NCBI GenBank assembly: GCA_036390715.1
Contig: DASWBG010000115.1
Location: 13,610 to 77,609, forward strand
Direction: 5' to 3'
Length of the DNA: 64,000 nucleotides
Origin: Gemmatimonadaceae bacterium
GTDB taxonomy: Bacteria > Gemmatimonadota > Gemmatimonadetes > Gemmatimonadales > Gemmatimonadaceae
The notes under the pieces were generated by a model. The model was not told where the DNA came from, searched no databases, and saw only the letters and a list, made by a program, of their open reading frames with translations. The translations under genes were made by a program, and so were the position numbers. Every line of letters starts with the position of its first letter. The stretch's first letter is position 1. This document shows, one piece after another, positions 50,759-60,150 of the stretch.

Positions 50759-52162
50759 ATGTTTGCGAATCCATTCAATAAAGCGGTAACCGTCCTCGAC
50801 GGTCGTGTGACTGTTCACGACGAGTCTGCCATCGCGTCTCCGGCGATGGACAAGCTGGTGTACACGGCGGTATTCGGAGAGCCCGATGATCGCGAGGACG
50901 CACGCTGGCTGATCTGGGAGATTGGACAGGCCGTGGGCGTGCAGCCCTCGTCGATTCACGATCTCTACCTCGCCCGCGGCCGAGGACTTACCGGCGGCTT
51001 CACGGTTCCCGCGATGAACATTCGCGGAATGGCTTACGATACCGCCCGCTCAATTTTTCGATCGGCCGTAAGACTAAAAGTCGGAGCGCTCATCCTGGAG
51101 ATCGCCCGGTCGGAGATCGCGTATACCGATCAGCGTCCTGCCGAATACGTGGCCGTCATGCTCGCGGCCGCGCTCCGCGAGGGGTTTCGTGGGCCAATCT
51201 TCATCCAGGGCGACCACTTCCAGGTCAATGCCAAGAAATTCGCTGTTGATCCCGTCACCGAAGTGAACGGCGTGAAGCAGCTCGCGCGCGAAGCGATCGC
51301 GGCGGGCTTTTACAACATCGACGTCGATACTTCGACGCTCGTGGATCTCTCGAAGCCCACGCTCAAGGACCAGCAGCGCACGAACTACGAACAGGGAGTC
51401 GAGCTCGCGGTGACAGTGCGAGGGTTGCAGCCCCGGGGCGTGAACATCTCGATTGGCGGGGAGATCGGCGAAGTCGGCACCGAGAACTCGACTGTCGAAG
51501 AGCTCGTCACTTACATGGACGGCTTCAACGAGATGCTCGCGAAGCGCGCGCCTGGCACCGAGGGATTGTCCAAGATCAGCGTTCAGTCCGGAACGACGCA
51601 CGGCGGCGTCGTGCTCGCCGATGGCAGCATCGCCGATGTCAAGATCGATTTCGACACGCTGGCGCGCCTATCGAAGGTCGCGCGTGAGAAGTACGGCCTG
51701 GCCGGCGCGGTTCAGCACGGTGCCTCGACGCTTCCCGACAGCGCATTTCACCAATTCCCACTCACGGAAACCGCTGAGATCCACCTCGCCACGAACTTCC
51801 AGACGATGTTGTTCGACAACATCCCGGAGGCGCTCCGCAAGGAGATCTACGAGTGGCTGCACGTGAACGCGAAGGACGAACGCAAGCCGACTGATAGTGA
51901 GGAACAGTTCATTTACAAGACTCGAAAGAAGGCGATTGGCCCCTTCAAGAAAAGATTCTGGGATCTCCCGGCCGACGTGAAGGCCCGTCTCGCCAGCGAG
52001 TATGACGAGAAGTTCAGCTTTCTGTTCACTCAGCTGGCGGTGGTCAACACCCGGGAGACAGTCGATCGTTTCGTGAAGCCCGTCGAGCAACACAAGCCGC
52101 AGCCGCATCCCGATCTCGTCATGGTGGAAGCGGCGCCGGACGACGCGGATCTGAGTGACTGA
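50759..52162 (+). CDS. Class II fructose-bisphosphate aldolase family protein
   Basis: VPAMN, QGDH, GEIGEVG, GTTHGG, QHGAS; glycolytic gene context. Confidence 0.85.
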   Translation: MFANPFNKAVTVLDGRVTVHDESAIASPAMDKLVYTAVFGEPDDREDARWLIWEIGQAVGVQPSSIHDLYLARGRGLTGGFTVPAMNIRGMAYDTARSIFRSAVRLKVGALILEIARSEIAYTDQRPAEYVAVMLAAALREGFRGPIFIQGDHFQVNAKKFAVDPVTEVNGVKQLAREAIAAGFYNIDVDTSTLVDLSKPTLKDQQRTNYEQGVELAVTVRGLQPRGVNISIGGEIGEVGTENSTVEELVTYMDGFNEMLAKRAPGTEGLSKISVQSGTTHGGVVLADGSIADVKIDFDTLARLSKVAREKYGLAGAVQHGASTLPDSAFHQFPLTETAEIHLATNFQTMLFDNIPEALRKEIYEWLHVNAKDERKPTDSEEQFIYKTRKKAIGPFKKRFWDLPADVKARLASEYDEKFSFLFTQLAVVNTRETVDRFVKPVEQHKPQPHPDLVMVEAAPDDADLSD

Positions 52163-52610
52163 CACTCGTCGCAAGCCAAAGGAATCTCCTCAAGCGGTTC
52201 GCGAGATAATCCGGCGGGCGGGGCACGAGCTCCGGAACGCTCTCAACGGTGTTGCCGTAAATGTCGAAGTCGTGCGTAGCAGACTGGGCCGCGAAGGATC
52301 GCCATTGGAGCTCACATCCTTCGCCGAGCGCGCGTCGGCTCAGGTGGGAGAGGCGAGCGCGCTGGCGGATGGATTGCTTGCCCTGGTCGGCCCGTTGCTG
52401 ACTTCGTCGACGCCCGGAACACTGAAGGCTGCCGGTGGCGGCCATGGCGCTGGAAGTCGAATAGAGCTAATGATTTATGGTGATGGCGCGGCCGCGGTTG
52501 TGTCCGATATCGAACGCCTCGCAAGCCGTGTCGGCGTAGCGGTCGAGCAGCATGGCCCGAGCGTTATATTAACAATCTTGCCCGAAGGAAAAAGCCATTC
52601 CAAAGACTGA
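52155..52610 (+). CDS. HisKA-like protein with degenerate catalytic domain
   Basis: GHELRNALN H-box; no N/G1/F/G2 boxes. Confidence 0.7.
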   Translation: MTDTRRKPKESPQAVREIIRRAGHELRNALNGVAVNVEVVRSRLGREGSPLELTSFAERASAQVGEASALADGLLALVGPLLTSSTPGTLKAAGGGHGAGSRIELMIYGDGAAAVVSDIERLASRVGVAVEQHGPSVILTILPEGKSHSKD

Positions 52611-52611
52611 G

Positions 52612-54123
52612 ATGAAGCAGCCCAAGGTTCTCATCGCGGACGACGACCGTTCTATCACAGAGGGGCTGAGCGCGATTTTGCGCGATGAGGGTTACGAGGT
52701 TGCCGTTGCCATCGATGGCCAGAAGGCTCTCGACGCACTCGGCGCCGAGGCTTTTGGCGTCGTGCTCGCTGATCTCAAGATGCCCAAGGTCGATGGACTC
52801 GCGCTGCTGAAAGAGCTGCAGCTCCGCGCGATTCCGACGGAGTGCATCATCGTCACGGGTCAGGCGACAGTCGATTCGGCCGTGCAGGCGATGCGCGAAG
52901 GCGCATATGATTACGTCGAAAAGCCGCTCACCGCCGACAAACTGAATCGTCTCAAGGCGCTCATTCCGAAGGCCCTCGAGAAGTTCAACGTGCAGCAGAA
53001 AAACCGCGAGCTGTCGTCCAAGCTCGAGGGACTCACACACTTCGGCGAGCTGACCGGGCAGTCAGAAGAAATGCGCGCGGTGTATCAGATCATCGAAGCC
53101 GTCGCCCCTTCGACTGCCAGTGTGTTGATCTTCGGCGAGTCGGGCACGGGCAAAGAGCTCGTCGCGCGCGCGATCCACGCCAAGAGCGAGCGATCGAAGG
53201 GTCCGTTCTTCGCGCTCAATTGCGCTGCGCTTCCAAAGGATATTCTCGAGAACGAGCTATTCGGGCACGAGAAGGGAGCGTTTACCGGCTCGACCAACGA
53301 GAAGCCAGGCGCGTTCGAGATGGCCGACGGCGGGACGATTTTCCTCGATGAAGTGGCGGAGATGCCACCCGACATCCAGGTGAAGCTCCTGCGGGCGATC
53401 GAGTCGAGAACGATCAGACGACTCGGCGGCAAGAAAGAGATCGAAGTGGACATTCGTATTCTTGCCGCGACCAATCGAGATGTGCAGAAAGCGCTGGCGG
53501 ACAACGATCTCCGCGAGGATTTGTATTATCGTCTCGCCGTTGTCGAGCTGTTCTTGCCGCCGCTGCGGGAGCGCATCGGCGACGTCAAGCTGCTAGCGAA
53601 CGAGTTTCTCGCGCGCTTCGCCGACCAGAATGGCAAGCCGATGACCGGCTTCGACGATGAGGCGTGGGAATGGATTCTGTCGCACAACTGGCAGGGCAAC
53701 GTTCGTGAGCTGAAAAACGCGGTCGAGCGTGCGGTGATCATGAGCCGCTCCGACAAGATCAAGGCAGCGGACATCATGCCTCGTCACCTGCGTCGCGGCC
53801 ACGAGGTGAATACTGCGATGACGGTTCCACCCGGAGCGACGCTCGCCGATACCCGTCGTCAGCTGGTGCTTCGCGCCTTTGCGTCGACGAATGGCGATTA
53901 TGCGAGGACGGCCACCGTGGTGGGAATGACGCCTGCCGATGTTCGCGCGGAGATTACGTCGCTCCTCAATGGACAGGCTAGCGAGGGACAAGCGGCGAGT
54001 ACAGCCAATGGCGCGCAACGTGCCGCCAAAGCGGCCGATTCTCCGGCACCAGCCGGGAAGGGTGCGAAGCCTCCGGCCAGAGCGTCGGCGAGCCACGCCA
54101 AGGCCAAGCCCAAGAGGCGTTAA
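52612..54123 (+). CDS. NtrC-family sigma54-dependent response regulator
   Basis: Receiver domain, GESGTGKE, GAFTGS, FLDEV, WQGNVREL. Confidence 0.96.
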   Translation: MKQPKVLIADDDRSITEGLSAILRDEGYEVAVAIDGQKALDALGAEAFGVVLADLKMPKVDGLALLKELQLRAIPTECIIVTGQATVDSAVQAMREGAYDYVEKPLTADKLNRLKALIPKALEKFNVQQKNRELSSKLEGLTHFGELTGQSEEMRAVYQIIEAVAPSTASVLIFGESGTGKELVARAIHAKSERSKGPFFALNCAALPKDILENELFGHEKGAFTGSTNEKPGAFEMADGGTIFLDEVAEMPPDIQVKLLRAIESRTIRRLGGKKEIEVDIRILAATNRDVQKALADNDLREDLYYRLAVVELFLPPLRERIGDVKLLANEFLARFADQNGKPMTGFDDEAWEWILSHNWQGNVRELKNAVERAVIMSRSDKIKAADIMPRHLRRGHEVNTAMTVPPGATLADTRRQLVLRAFASTNGDYARTATVVGMTPADVRAEITSLLNGQASEGQAASTANGAQRAAKAADSPAPAGKGAKPPARASASHAKAKPKRR

Positions 54124-54140
54124 CGACGCGGAGGAAGGGA

Positions 54141-54563
54141 ATGAGCGAGAACGACTGGTACGATGACGACGAGCCATACTACCCTGAGCCTTACGTCATC
54201 GTCGAAAGACGCGAAGCTGGAATTGGTCCCTTCCTCATCGGGCTCGCCCTTGGCGCTGGAGCAGCACTCCTCTTCGCTCCACAGTCAGGCGAAGAGACTC
54301 GTCGCGGTATCGCGCGAAGGGCACGCCGGGCGCAGGAAGCCGCCCAGGATCTCGTCGAGGATGTGAGCGGCACGGTCGCGGACAAGTTCAACGAAGTCCG
54401 CGAGACCGTCGGGGAGCGCATCGACGCGACCCTCGAGGCAGTCGACGACAAGAAGCGACGGGTGTCGAACGCGTTCCACGCCGGGCGAGTTGCGGCTCGT
54501 GAAGCGCGCGGCGAGCTGGAGCAGCGCATCGCCGAAAGCAAAGCGGCGTACAAAGACATCTAG
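54141..54563 (+). CDS. YtxH-domain protein
   Basis: FLIGLALGAGAALLFAPQSGEETR followed by an amphipathic helix. Confidence 0.88.
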   Translation: MSENDWYDDDEPYYPEPYVIVERREAGIGPFLIGLALGAGAALLFAPQSGEETRRGIARRARRAQEAAQDLVEDVSGTVADKFNEVRETVGERIDATLEAVDDKKRRVSNAFHAGRVAAREARGELEQRIAESKAAYKDI

Positions 54564-55471
54564 TGCCTGAGCGCGGGCTCGCGGCCCGGCTCGGCTGGCT
54601 GCTTCGCGATTACGCGAAGCGAGTCTGGGACAACAGCGGCGAGGACAACGTTTTCTTTCTGGCGGGCGGAATTGCTTTCAACATTCTCCTCGCCGCCGTC
54701 CCATTCTTCCTGCTGCTTGCGACTGCCCTCGTGTATCTGCTCAATCAGTCGCCCGACACGACGTCGGCGGAAGTACTCACCATCGTCGACAAATTCCTTC
54801 CACCTCACCCGCCGGGGGACTCGGGGCCGGCGGCGGACATCCTGAACCAGGTCATCAAGCGGCGCGGCTCGCTCGGGGTGTACAGCGCCATTGGCTTCAT
54901 CTGGTTCTCGACCCGCCTTTTCGGATCCCTGCGAACGGTTCTCGCCGCGATCTTCGACATCGACACCGATCGCGGCATAATCGCGGGCAAGATCTTCGAC
55001 ATCGAGATGACGCTTGTCTCGAGCCTGCTCCTCGTTGCCTATACAGTGCTCAGCGCCTATCTGGCGATCGCGACCACGCGGGGCGTGGTGGTTCTAGCCG
55101 ACCTGGGCATTCGAAAGGAGCTGATGGGACAGCTGGAATACAACCTCGGCCAACTGCTCGCGTTCTCCTTCATAGCGACAATGTTCTTCTGTTTGTACAA
55201 GTTCCTGCCGCACCGAAAAATCCGTTGGAAGACAGCGCTCATCGCCGCGCTGTTCACGAGCGTCATGCTGGAGGTGGCAAAACGGGCTTTTTCGGCCTAT
55301 GTGCGCTCCTTTAACCCCGGCTCGTTCTATAGCGGCACGGTCGCTGCATTGGTTTTGACCGTTATCTGGGTCTACTACGCCTCCTTCATCTTCATCATAG
55401 GCGGTGAAGTGGCACAGGTATACGAGCTTCGACGCGTGCGGAAGAAGCAGCGTGAGGCGTTTGAGGATTGA
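54563..55471 (+). CDS. YihY/BrkB-family membrane protein
   Basis: AGGIAFN, LYKFLP, YSGTVAAL..WVYY..GGE. Confidence 0.9.
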   Translation: MPERGLAARLGWLLRDYAKRVWDNSGEDNVFFLAGGIAFNILLAAVPFFLLLATALVYLLNQSPDTTSAEVLTIVDKFLPPHPPGDSGPAADILNQVIKRRGSLGVYSAIGFIWFSTRLFGSLRTVLAAIFDIDTDRGIIAGKIFDIEMTLVSSLLLVAYTVLSAYLAIATTRGVVVLADLGIRKELMGQLEYNLGQLLAFSFIATMFFCLYKFLPHRKIRWKTALIAALFTSVMLEVAKRAFSAYVRSFNPGSFYSGTVAALVLTVIWVYYASFIFIIGGEVAQVYELRRVRKKQREAFED

Positions 55472-55532
55472 GTATGATTGGCGATGTTGCCGGGTCTTCC
55501 GGCGAACACCTTTTCGAGGGGGAGGGCGTATC

Positions 55533-55766
55533 GTGCGCAAGGTAGCAGTTGTCGCGGCCGTACTGGCCGCAGTCTCGATCTCGGCTTGCAAGAAGACGGG
55601 AGAAGGGGAGTACCAGGTTGAGAAGCCAGTCGTCGGAACGCAGACGGACACGATTCACACGCCGACAGTCGACGTCGGCACCCAGACCACAACGGTTGCG
55701 GTCCCGAAGGTCAAGATGGATTCCGCGAAGATCAAGACTCCGACCGTTACGGTGAAGAAGCACTAA
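55533..55766 (+). CDS. Small lipoprotein
   Basis: GGAGG RBS, lipobox ISAC, Thr/Val/Pro-rich tail. Confidence 0.8.
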   Translation: MRKVAVVAAVLAAVSISACKKTGEGEYQVEKPVVGTQTDTIHTPTVDVGTQTTTVAVPKVKMDSAKIKTPTVTVKKH

Positions 55767-55807
55767 CTCACCTACTGGGCGCGAGCGCCTCCGGTGAAGT
55801 GAGGTCC

Positions 55808-55840
55808 AGGGCCCCGTCAGAAATGGCGGGGCCTTTCTTC
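55808..55840 (+). terminator. Intrinsic terminator
   Basis: GGCCCCGTCA-gaaa-TGGCGGGGCC followed by TTTCTT. Confidence 0.75.
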
Positions 55841-55848
55841 TGGAAGCT

Positions 55849-56126
55849 AACGGCTGAGGACTGCGGGCCAACTGCAATTGCGACTCGCAGACTGACTGCG
55901 GATTGGGAAACTAATTGCGAATTGAGGACTAACTACAAATGCGGAATGTTGCGGCGGTAGTCCGCAGTTCGCAGTAAGTCCGCAGTCCTCAATTCGTCCG
56001 CAATTTGAAATAGCAGTTAGCTCGCAGTCCTCAGCAGTTAGTTCGCAGCTCGCAGTTAGTCCCCCAATCCGCAATCAGTCTGCGATCCGCAATTGCAGTT
56101 GGCCCGCAGTCCTCAATCCTTAGTTC
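55849..56126. repeat. Long palindromic element of short degenerate repeats, copy 2
   Basis: Arm 55852-55914 is a near reverse complement of 56056-56115; homologous to copy 1. Confidence 0.87.
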
Positions 56127-56140
56127 GAGTGGTATATTTA

Positions 56141-56246
56141 GGGTGCCCCAGGTCCCGGAGGGCGTGAGCCCGCTAACTCCGTCAGGACCCCGAAGGTAGC
56201 AGCGGCATGCGGTGTCTAACGTTGCTCCGTAAGACCTGGGGTACTC
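56141..56246 (+). ncRNA. ffs: Signal recognition particle 4.5S RNA
   Basis: Long hairpin GGGTGCCCCAGGTC/GACCTGGGGTACTC, helix-8 motif TCAGG..GAAGG.AGCAG, located upstream of dnaX. Confidence 0.9.
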
Positions 56247-56256
56247 CCGCCTAGCA

Positions 56257-57747
56257 ATGTCTCTCGCACTCGCCCGCAAATACCGCCCAAAGCGCTTCGC
56301 TGACGTAGCTGTCCAGTCGCACGTGTCGAACACGCTGCGTGGCGCCATCGCCAGGGGACGAGTTGCGCACGGCTACCTTCTCTGCGGACCGCGTGGAGTG
56401 GGCAAGACGACGCTCGCCCGCGTGCTCGCCATGGCGCTGAACTGCGAGAACAAGCGCGACGACGGCGAGCCGTGCGGAGAATGCATCTCGTGCCAGCGGA
56501 TCTGGAGCGGATCGTCGAGTCTGGACGTAGTGGAGATCGATGCCGCATCGAATCGCGGCGTCGACGATGCGCGCGATCTGCGCGAGCGCGCGATGTACGC
56601 TCCTTCCGGCGATGATCGCTTCAAGGTCTACATCGTCGACGAGGCGCACATGCTGACGCGAGAAGCGTGGAATGCGCTTCTCAAGATTCTGGAGGAGCCG
56701 CCGCCGCGGGTCGTATTCGTCTTCGCGACGACCGAGCCGCAGAAAATTGCGCAGGCAGCCGCACCCGTTCTCAGCCGCCTCCAGCGGTTCGATCTCAAAC
56801 GCATTGGACTCGCCGACATTATCCGCCGGCTCTCGACCGTCCTGGAGAACGAGGGAGTGAAGGCCTCCGATGACGCGCTGTCGATGATCGCGCGCGCCGC
56901 CGATGGTTCCATGCGCGACGCTCTGAGTCTCACCGACCAGGTGATATCAATCGGTGAGGGAGAGGTGAGCGCCGAGCGTGTCCGCGAAGCTTTGGGCCTC
57001 GTGCCTGAGGATGAGTTTCTGGCGATCGTCGACATTATCGCCGGACACCGTGCGGGCGAAGTCTTCACGGTGGTGAACAAGCTGGCCGATGCGGGCGTGG
57101 ATTTTGGGGTGTTTCTCTCCGGCTTCGCCGATATCCTTCGCGCTCAGCTCACCGTCGTCCTGAATGGGAAAGCCGAGGGCGTCTCGGCGACCGCTGCGGC
57201 TGCCCTCAGAGAGAGACGGGATCTCTTCACCGCTGGCGATCTTCTCCGGATGCTTAGCGCGGTCAACGCATTGGAGCCGACGTTCAAGAAAAGCTCGCAG
57301 CAGCAGCTTCTTATCGAGATGTTATTGGTTCGCATGGCGCTTCTGGATCGCACCGTCGCGCTCGAGGATCTGCTAAAGGGTCTGGGTGGGGAATCGACAC
57401 CGGGAACCCAAAGAGCCGAGGTGCCCAGCGGATCGGTGCGGACGCAGCCGCCCCAGGCGTCGGTTGCGCGAACGGCCCAACGTCCTTCGACGCGACCCGG
57501 GTATCCCCCTCAGCTCGATGCACCAAACGCGCTTCCCCCCACTGTCACTCCGAAGCCGTCCGCTGCGCCCGTCAATGAGGGGCAGCTCCGCGAAATGAAG
57601 CGCGCGATGGAAACCACGGCACAGGATTCGAATCGAAGCCGAATGACACCGGAGGCCTTGAAGGAGGAGCGCATCGGAATGCTCCGCCAAAGGGATCCAG
57701 CGCTTGGCGCGGCCATCGACGAGCTCGATCTCGAGCTCCTCGATTAA
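56257..57747 (+). CDS. dnaX: DNA polymerase III gamma/tau subunit
   Basis: ARKYRP, GPRGVGKTT, EIDAAS, DEAHML, LKILEEPP, GSMRD. Confidence 0.97.
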   Translation: MSLALARKYRPKRFADVAVQSHVSNTLRGAIARGRVAHGYLLCGPRGVGKTTLARVLAMALNCENKRDDGEPCGECISCQRIWSGSSSLDVVEIDAASNRGVDDARDLRERAMYAPSGDDRFKVYIVDEAHMLTREAWNALLKILEEPPPRVVFVFATTEPQKIAQAAAPVLSRLQRFDLKRIGLADIIRRLSTVLENEGVKASDDALSMIARAADGSMRDALSLTDQVISIGEGEVSAERVREALGLVPEDEFLAIVDIIAGHRAGEVFTVVNKLADAGVDFGVFLSGFADILRAQLTVVLNGKAEGVSATAAAALRERRDLFTAGDLLRMLSAVNALEPTFKKSSQQQLLIEMLLVRMALLDRTVALEDLLKGLGGESTPGTQRAEVPSGSVRTQPPQASVARTAQRPSTRPGYPPQLDAPNALPPTVTPKPSAAPVNEGQLREMKRAMETTAQDSNRSRMTPEALKEERIGMLRQRDPALGAAIDELDLELLD

Positions 57748-57766
57748 CTCAATCCTGATCCAGAGC

Positions 57767-58084
57767 ATGGCAGACTTCACGAAGATCTTCGAGCAAGCGC
57801 AGCAGATGCAGGCGCGGATGCAGCAGATGCAGTCCGAGCTGGAAAAGCAGACTGTTACGGCGGCAGCCGGTGGCGGGATGGTAACCGTCGAGGCCGACGG
57901 GAAGGGCACCATCACCCGGGTCAAGATCGATCCCACCGTCGCCGATCCGAAGGACGTCGAGATGCTCGAGGATCTGGTTCTGGTGGCTGTCAACGAGGCG
58001 CAGAAGAAGGCAGCCGAGCTCGCACAGGGAGAGATGAGTAAGTTGACCGGTGGCCTCAACCTCCCCTTCAAACTTCCGTTTTAG
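57767..58084 (+). CDS. ybaB: YbaB/EbfC nucleoid-associated protein
   Basis: AQQMQ, AGGGMV, LEDLVLVAVNEA; gene context. Confidence 0.93.
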   Translation: MADFTKIFEQAQQMQARMQQMQSELEKQTVTAAAGGGMVTVEADGKGTITRVKIDPTVADPKDVEMLEDLVLVAVNEAQKKAAELAQGEMSKLTGGLNLPFKLPF

Positions 58085-58085
58085 C

Positions 58086-58673
58086 GTGGGAGCTATCGAC
58101 GACCTCGCGGCCGAACTTTCGAAGCTGCCCGGGATCGGGCGGAAGACGGCGCTCCGCCTGACATATCATCTTCTGAAGCAGTCGCCCGAACAAGCCACAC
58201 ACCTGGCCGCGGCGCTGACCACCCTGGCGGAGAAGGTCCGGCCTTGCCCCCAGTGCTTCAATCTGACAGAGGAGGATTTGTGCTCCATCTGCCGTGACGC
58301 GCGCAGGGACACGGGAGTCATCTGCGCAGTAGAAGAAGCATCCGATATCGGGGCGATCGAACGGTCTGGCGAGTTCCGGGGCGTGTATCACGTCCTGGGA
58401 GGTCGCTTGTCCCCGTTGGATGGCATCGGACCCGAAGATCTCACCATACCGCAGCTGGAGACCAGAGTGTCGGCTGGAGTCGTCCGCGAAGTGATAATTG
58501 CCACCAATCCGAGCATAGAGGGCGAGACCACCGCGCTGTACGTGCAGCGCAAGCTGGCCCGTTACCCCCTCACGATATCCAGAATTGCGAGGGGACTTCC
58601 GGTCGGGGGCGATCTCGAATACGCGGATGGCGTGACCATTGCCCAAGCGTTGACCGCCAGGAGGGCAATGTGA
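58086..58673 (+). CDS. recR: Recombination mediator RecR
   Basis: LPGIGRKTA, C4 zinc finger, YHVLGG, EGETTA, GGDLEYAD. Confidence 0.97.
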   Translation: MGAIDDLAAELSKLPGIGRKTALRLTYHLLKQSPEQATHLAAALTTLAEKVRPCPQCFNLTEEDLCSICRDARRDTGVICAVEEASDIGAIERSGEFRGVYHVLGGRLSPLDGIGPEDLTIPQLETRVSAGVVREVIIATNPSIEGETTALYVQRKLARYPLTISRIARGLPVGGDLEYADGVTIAQALTARRAM

Positions 58674-58939
58674 GCAAACAGCGCGCGAGCTTCGTGGCGG
58701 TGGGGTTTCTGGGCGGAATGGCTGCCGGGAGCCTGATCTGGAGTAGTCTGCAGCGCCAGTACCGCCGCAACCTGTTTTCCCGCCACACGTTCCGCCGCGT
58801 CGCCGCGCTCGGATACCTTCGCGCGCGGCCGTCGGTGAATACCGCTCAGCTGCTTCGCGAATACGTGGCCTGGGAGCCGCGCTCCATTCTCCGCGAGCGC
58901 GGAGTGAGGATGCTCAAGCGACTCGAGGCGACGCTGTGA
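58670..58939 (+). CDS. Small membrane-anchored hypothetical protein
   Basis: GTGA overlap with recR; N-terminal TM helix and basic helical body. Confidence 0.7.
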   Translation: MSKQRASFVAVGFLGGMAAGSLIWSSLQRQYRRNLFSRHTFRRVAALGYLRARPSVNTAQLLREYVAWEPRSILRERGVRMLKRLEATL

Positions 58940-58949
58940 CCGGGGGACG

Positions 58950-59441
58950 ATGACCGCCAGCACGGCCAACTGGTCGTTCACTCAGGACGACTTCACCGGA
59001 ATAACTGAATCCCTGAACCGCTTTCTGGGCGAAACCAAATCGATCTGCGCGCTTCTGGTCGATCGTTCCGGCCAGCTCGTGACGACCGTCGGTGACGCGA
59101 CGGGATTGGACACGACGGCTTTCGCAACGCTCACCGCTGCGGACTATAGCGCCAACGATCAACTGGCGAAGCTGGTCGGCGAAAGCGATTTCTCGAGCCT
59201 CTTTCATCAGGGTGAAAAGGAATCCATCTACGTCGCGGACATCGCTCGGCGGCTGCTATTGGTAATAATCTTCGATTCGCGTACGACTGTTGGGCTCGTC
59301 CGTTTGAGGATGAAAGGCGAGATTGAGGAGTTGACGCTACTGATCGATCGTGTATTCTCTCGCGGACGCAACGGCGCCGCGCCCGAGGAGCATCTGCTCC
59401 GTGGCGCGGATGACGAGATCGACAAACTCTTCAACTGGTGA
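58950..59441 (+). CDS. mglB: Roadblock/LC7 protein MglB
   Basis: [30 protein letters not shown]; adjacent to mglA. Confidence 0.9.
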   Translation: MTASTANWSFTQDDFTGITESLNRFLGETKSICALLVDRSGQLVTTVGDATGLDTTAFATLTAADYSANDQLAKLVGESDFSSLFHQGEKESIYVADIARRLLLVIIFDSRTTVGLVRLRMKGEIEELTLLIDRVFSRGRNGAAPEEHLLRGADDEIDKLFNW

Positions 59442-59454
59442 GGAAGAGCTAGCC

Positions 59455-60132
59455 GTGTCGATGATCAACTACGCCTCGCGCGAGATCAACTGTAAGATCG
59501 TTTACTATGGTCCCGGTCTAGGCGGCAAAACCACGAATCTCGAGCACGTGTACGGCAAGGTTAAGCCGGAGACGCGAGGAAAACTCATATCTCTCGCGAC
59601 CGAGACCGAGCGTACGCTCTTCTTCGATTTCCTCCCCGTTGATCTGGGAACCATTCGCGGGTTCAAAACGCGGTTCCACCTCTACACCGTACCGGGTCAG
59701 GTCTACTACAACGCCAGCCGCAAGCTGATTCTCAAGAATGTGGACGGCATCGTCTTCGTGGCCGATTCGCAAGCAGAGCGGATGGAAGCAAACCTCGAGT
59801 CGATGCAGAATCTCTACGACAACATGGCGGAGTACGGATACGACCTCACGCAAATGCCGTTCGTGATCCAGTACAACAAGCGCGATCTCGCCAATGCCGC
59901 TCCGATCGAGGATCTCCAGGCTGCTCTCAATCCCGGCTGGGAAGTGGAAGACGCGAGCAAGCATCGTGTCCAGCCCGACCCGTACCACGCCGGGCAGAAC
60001 CTCGTCGAGCAGGTGTCGGGCGGCGAGTGGGTGGAGAGGGCTCCGTATTTCGAGGCGATCGCGGTAAACGGAGACGGCGTGTTCGACACGCTCAAGGCTG
60101 TGAGCAAGCTGGTGTTGAAGGCGCTCGCCTAG
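59455..60132 (+). CDS. mglA: Small GTPase MglA
   Basis: [29 protein letters not shown]. Confidence 0.95.
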   Translation: MSMINYASREINCKIVYYGPGLGGKTTNLEHVYGKVKPETRGKLISLATETERTLFFDFLPVDLGTIRGFKTRFHLYTVPGQVYYNASRKLILKNVDGIVFVADSQAERMEANLESMQNLYDNMAEYGYDLTQMPFVIQYNKRDLANAAPIEDLQAALNPGWEVEDASKHRVQPDPYHAGQNLVEQVSGGEWVERAPYFEAIAVNGDGVFDTLKAVSKLVLKALA

Positions 60133-60150
60133 CGGCCCGGGAACCGGCGG

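Noticed and set aside
56257-57747. Programmed frameshift in dnaX
   Set aside because: No A_AAA_AAG or long poly-A slippery site seen.
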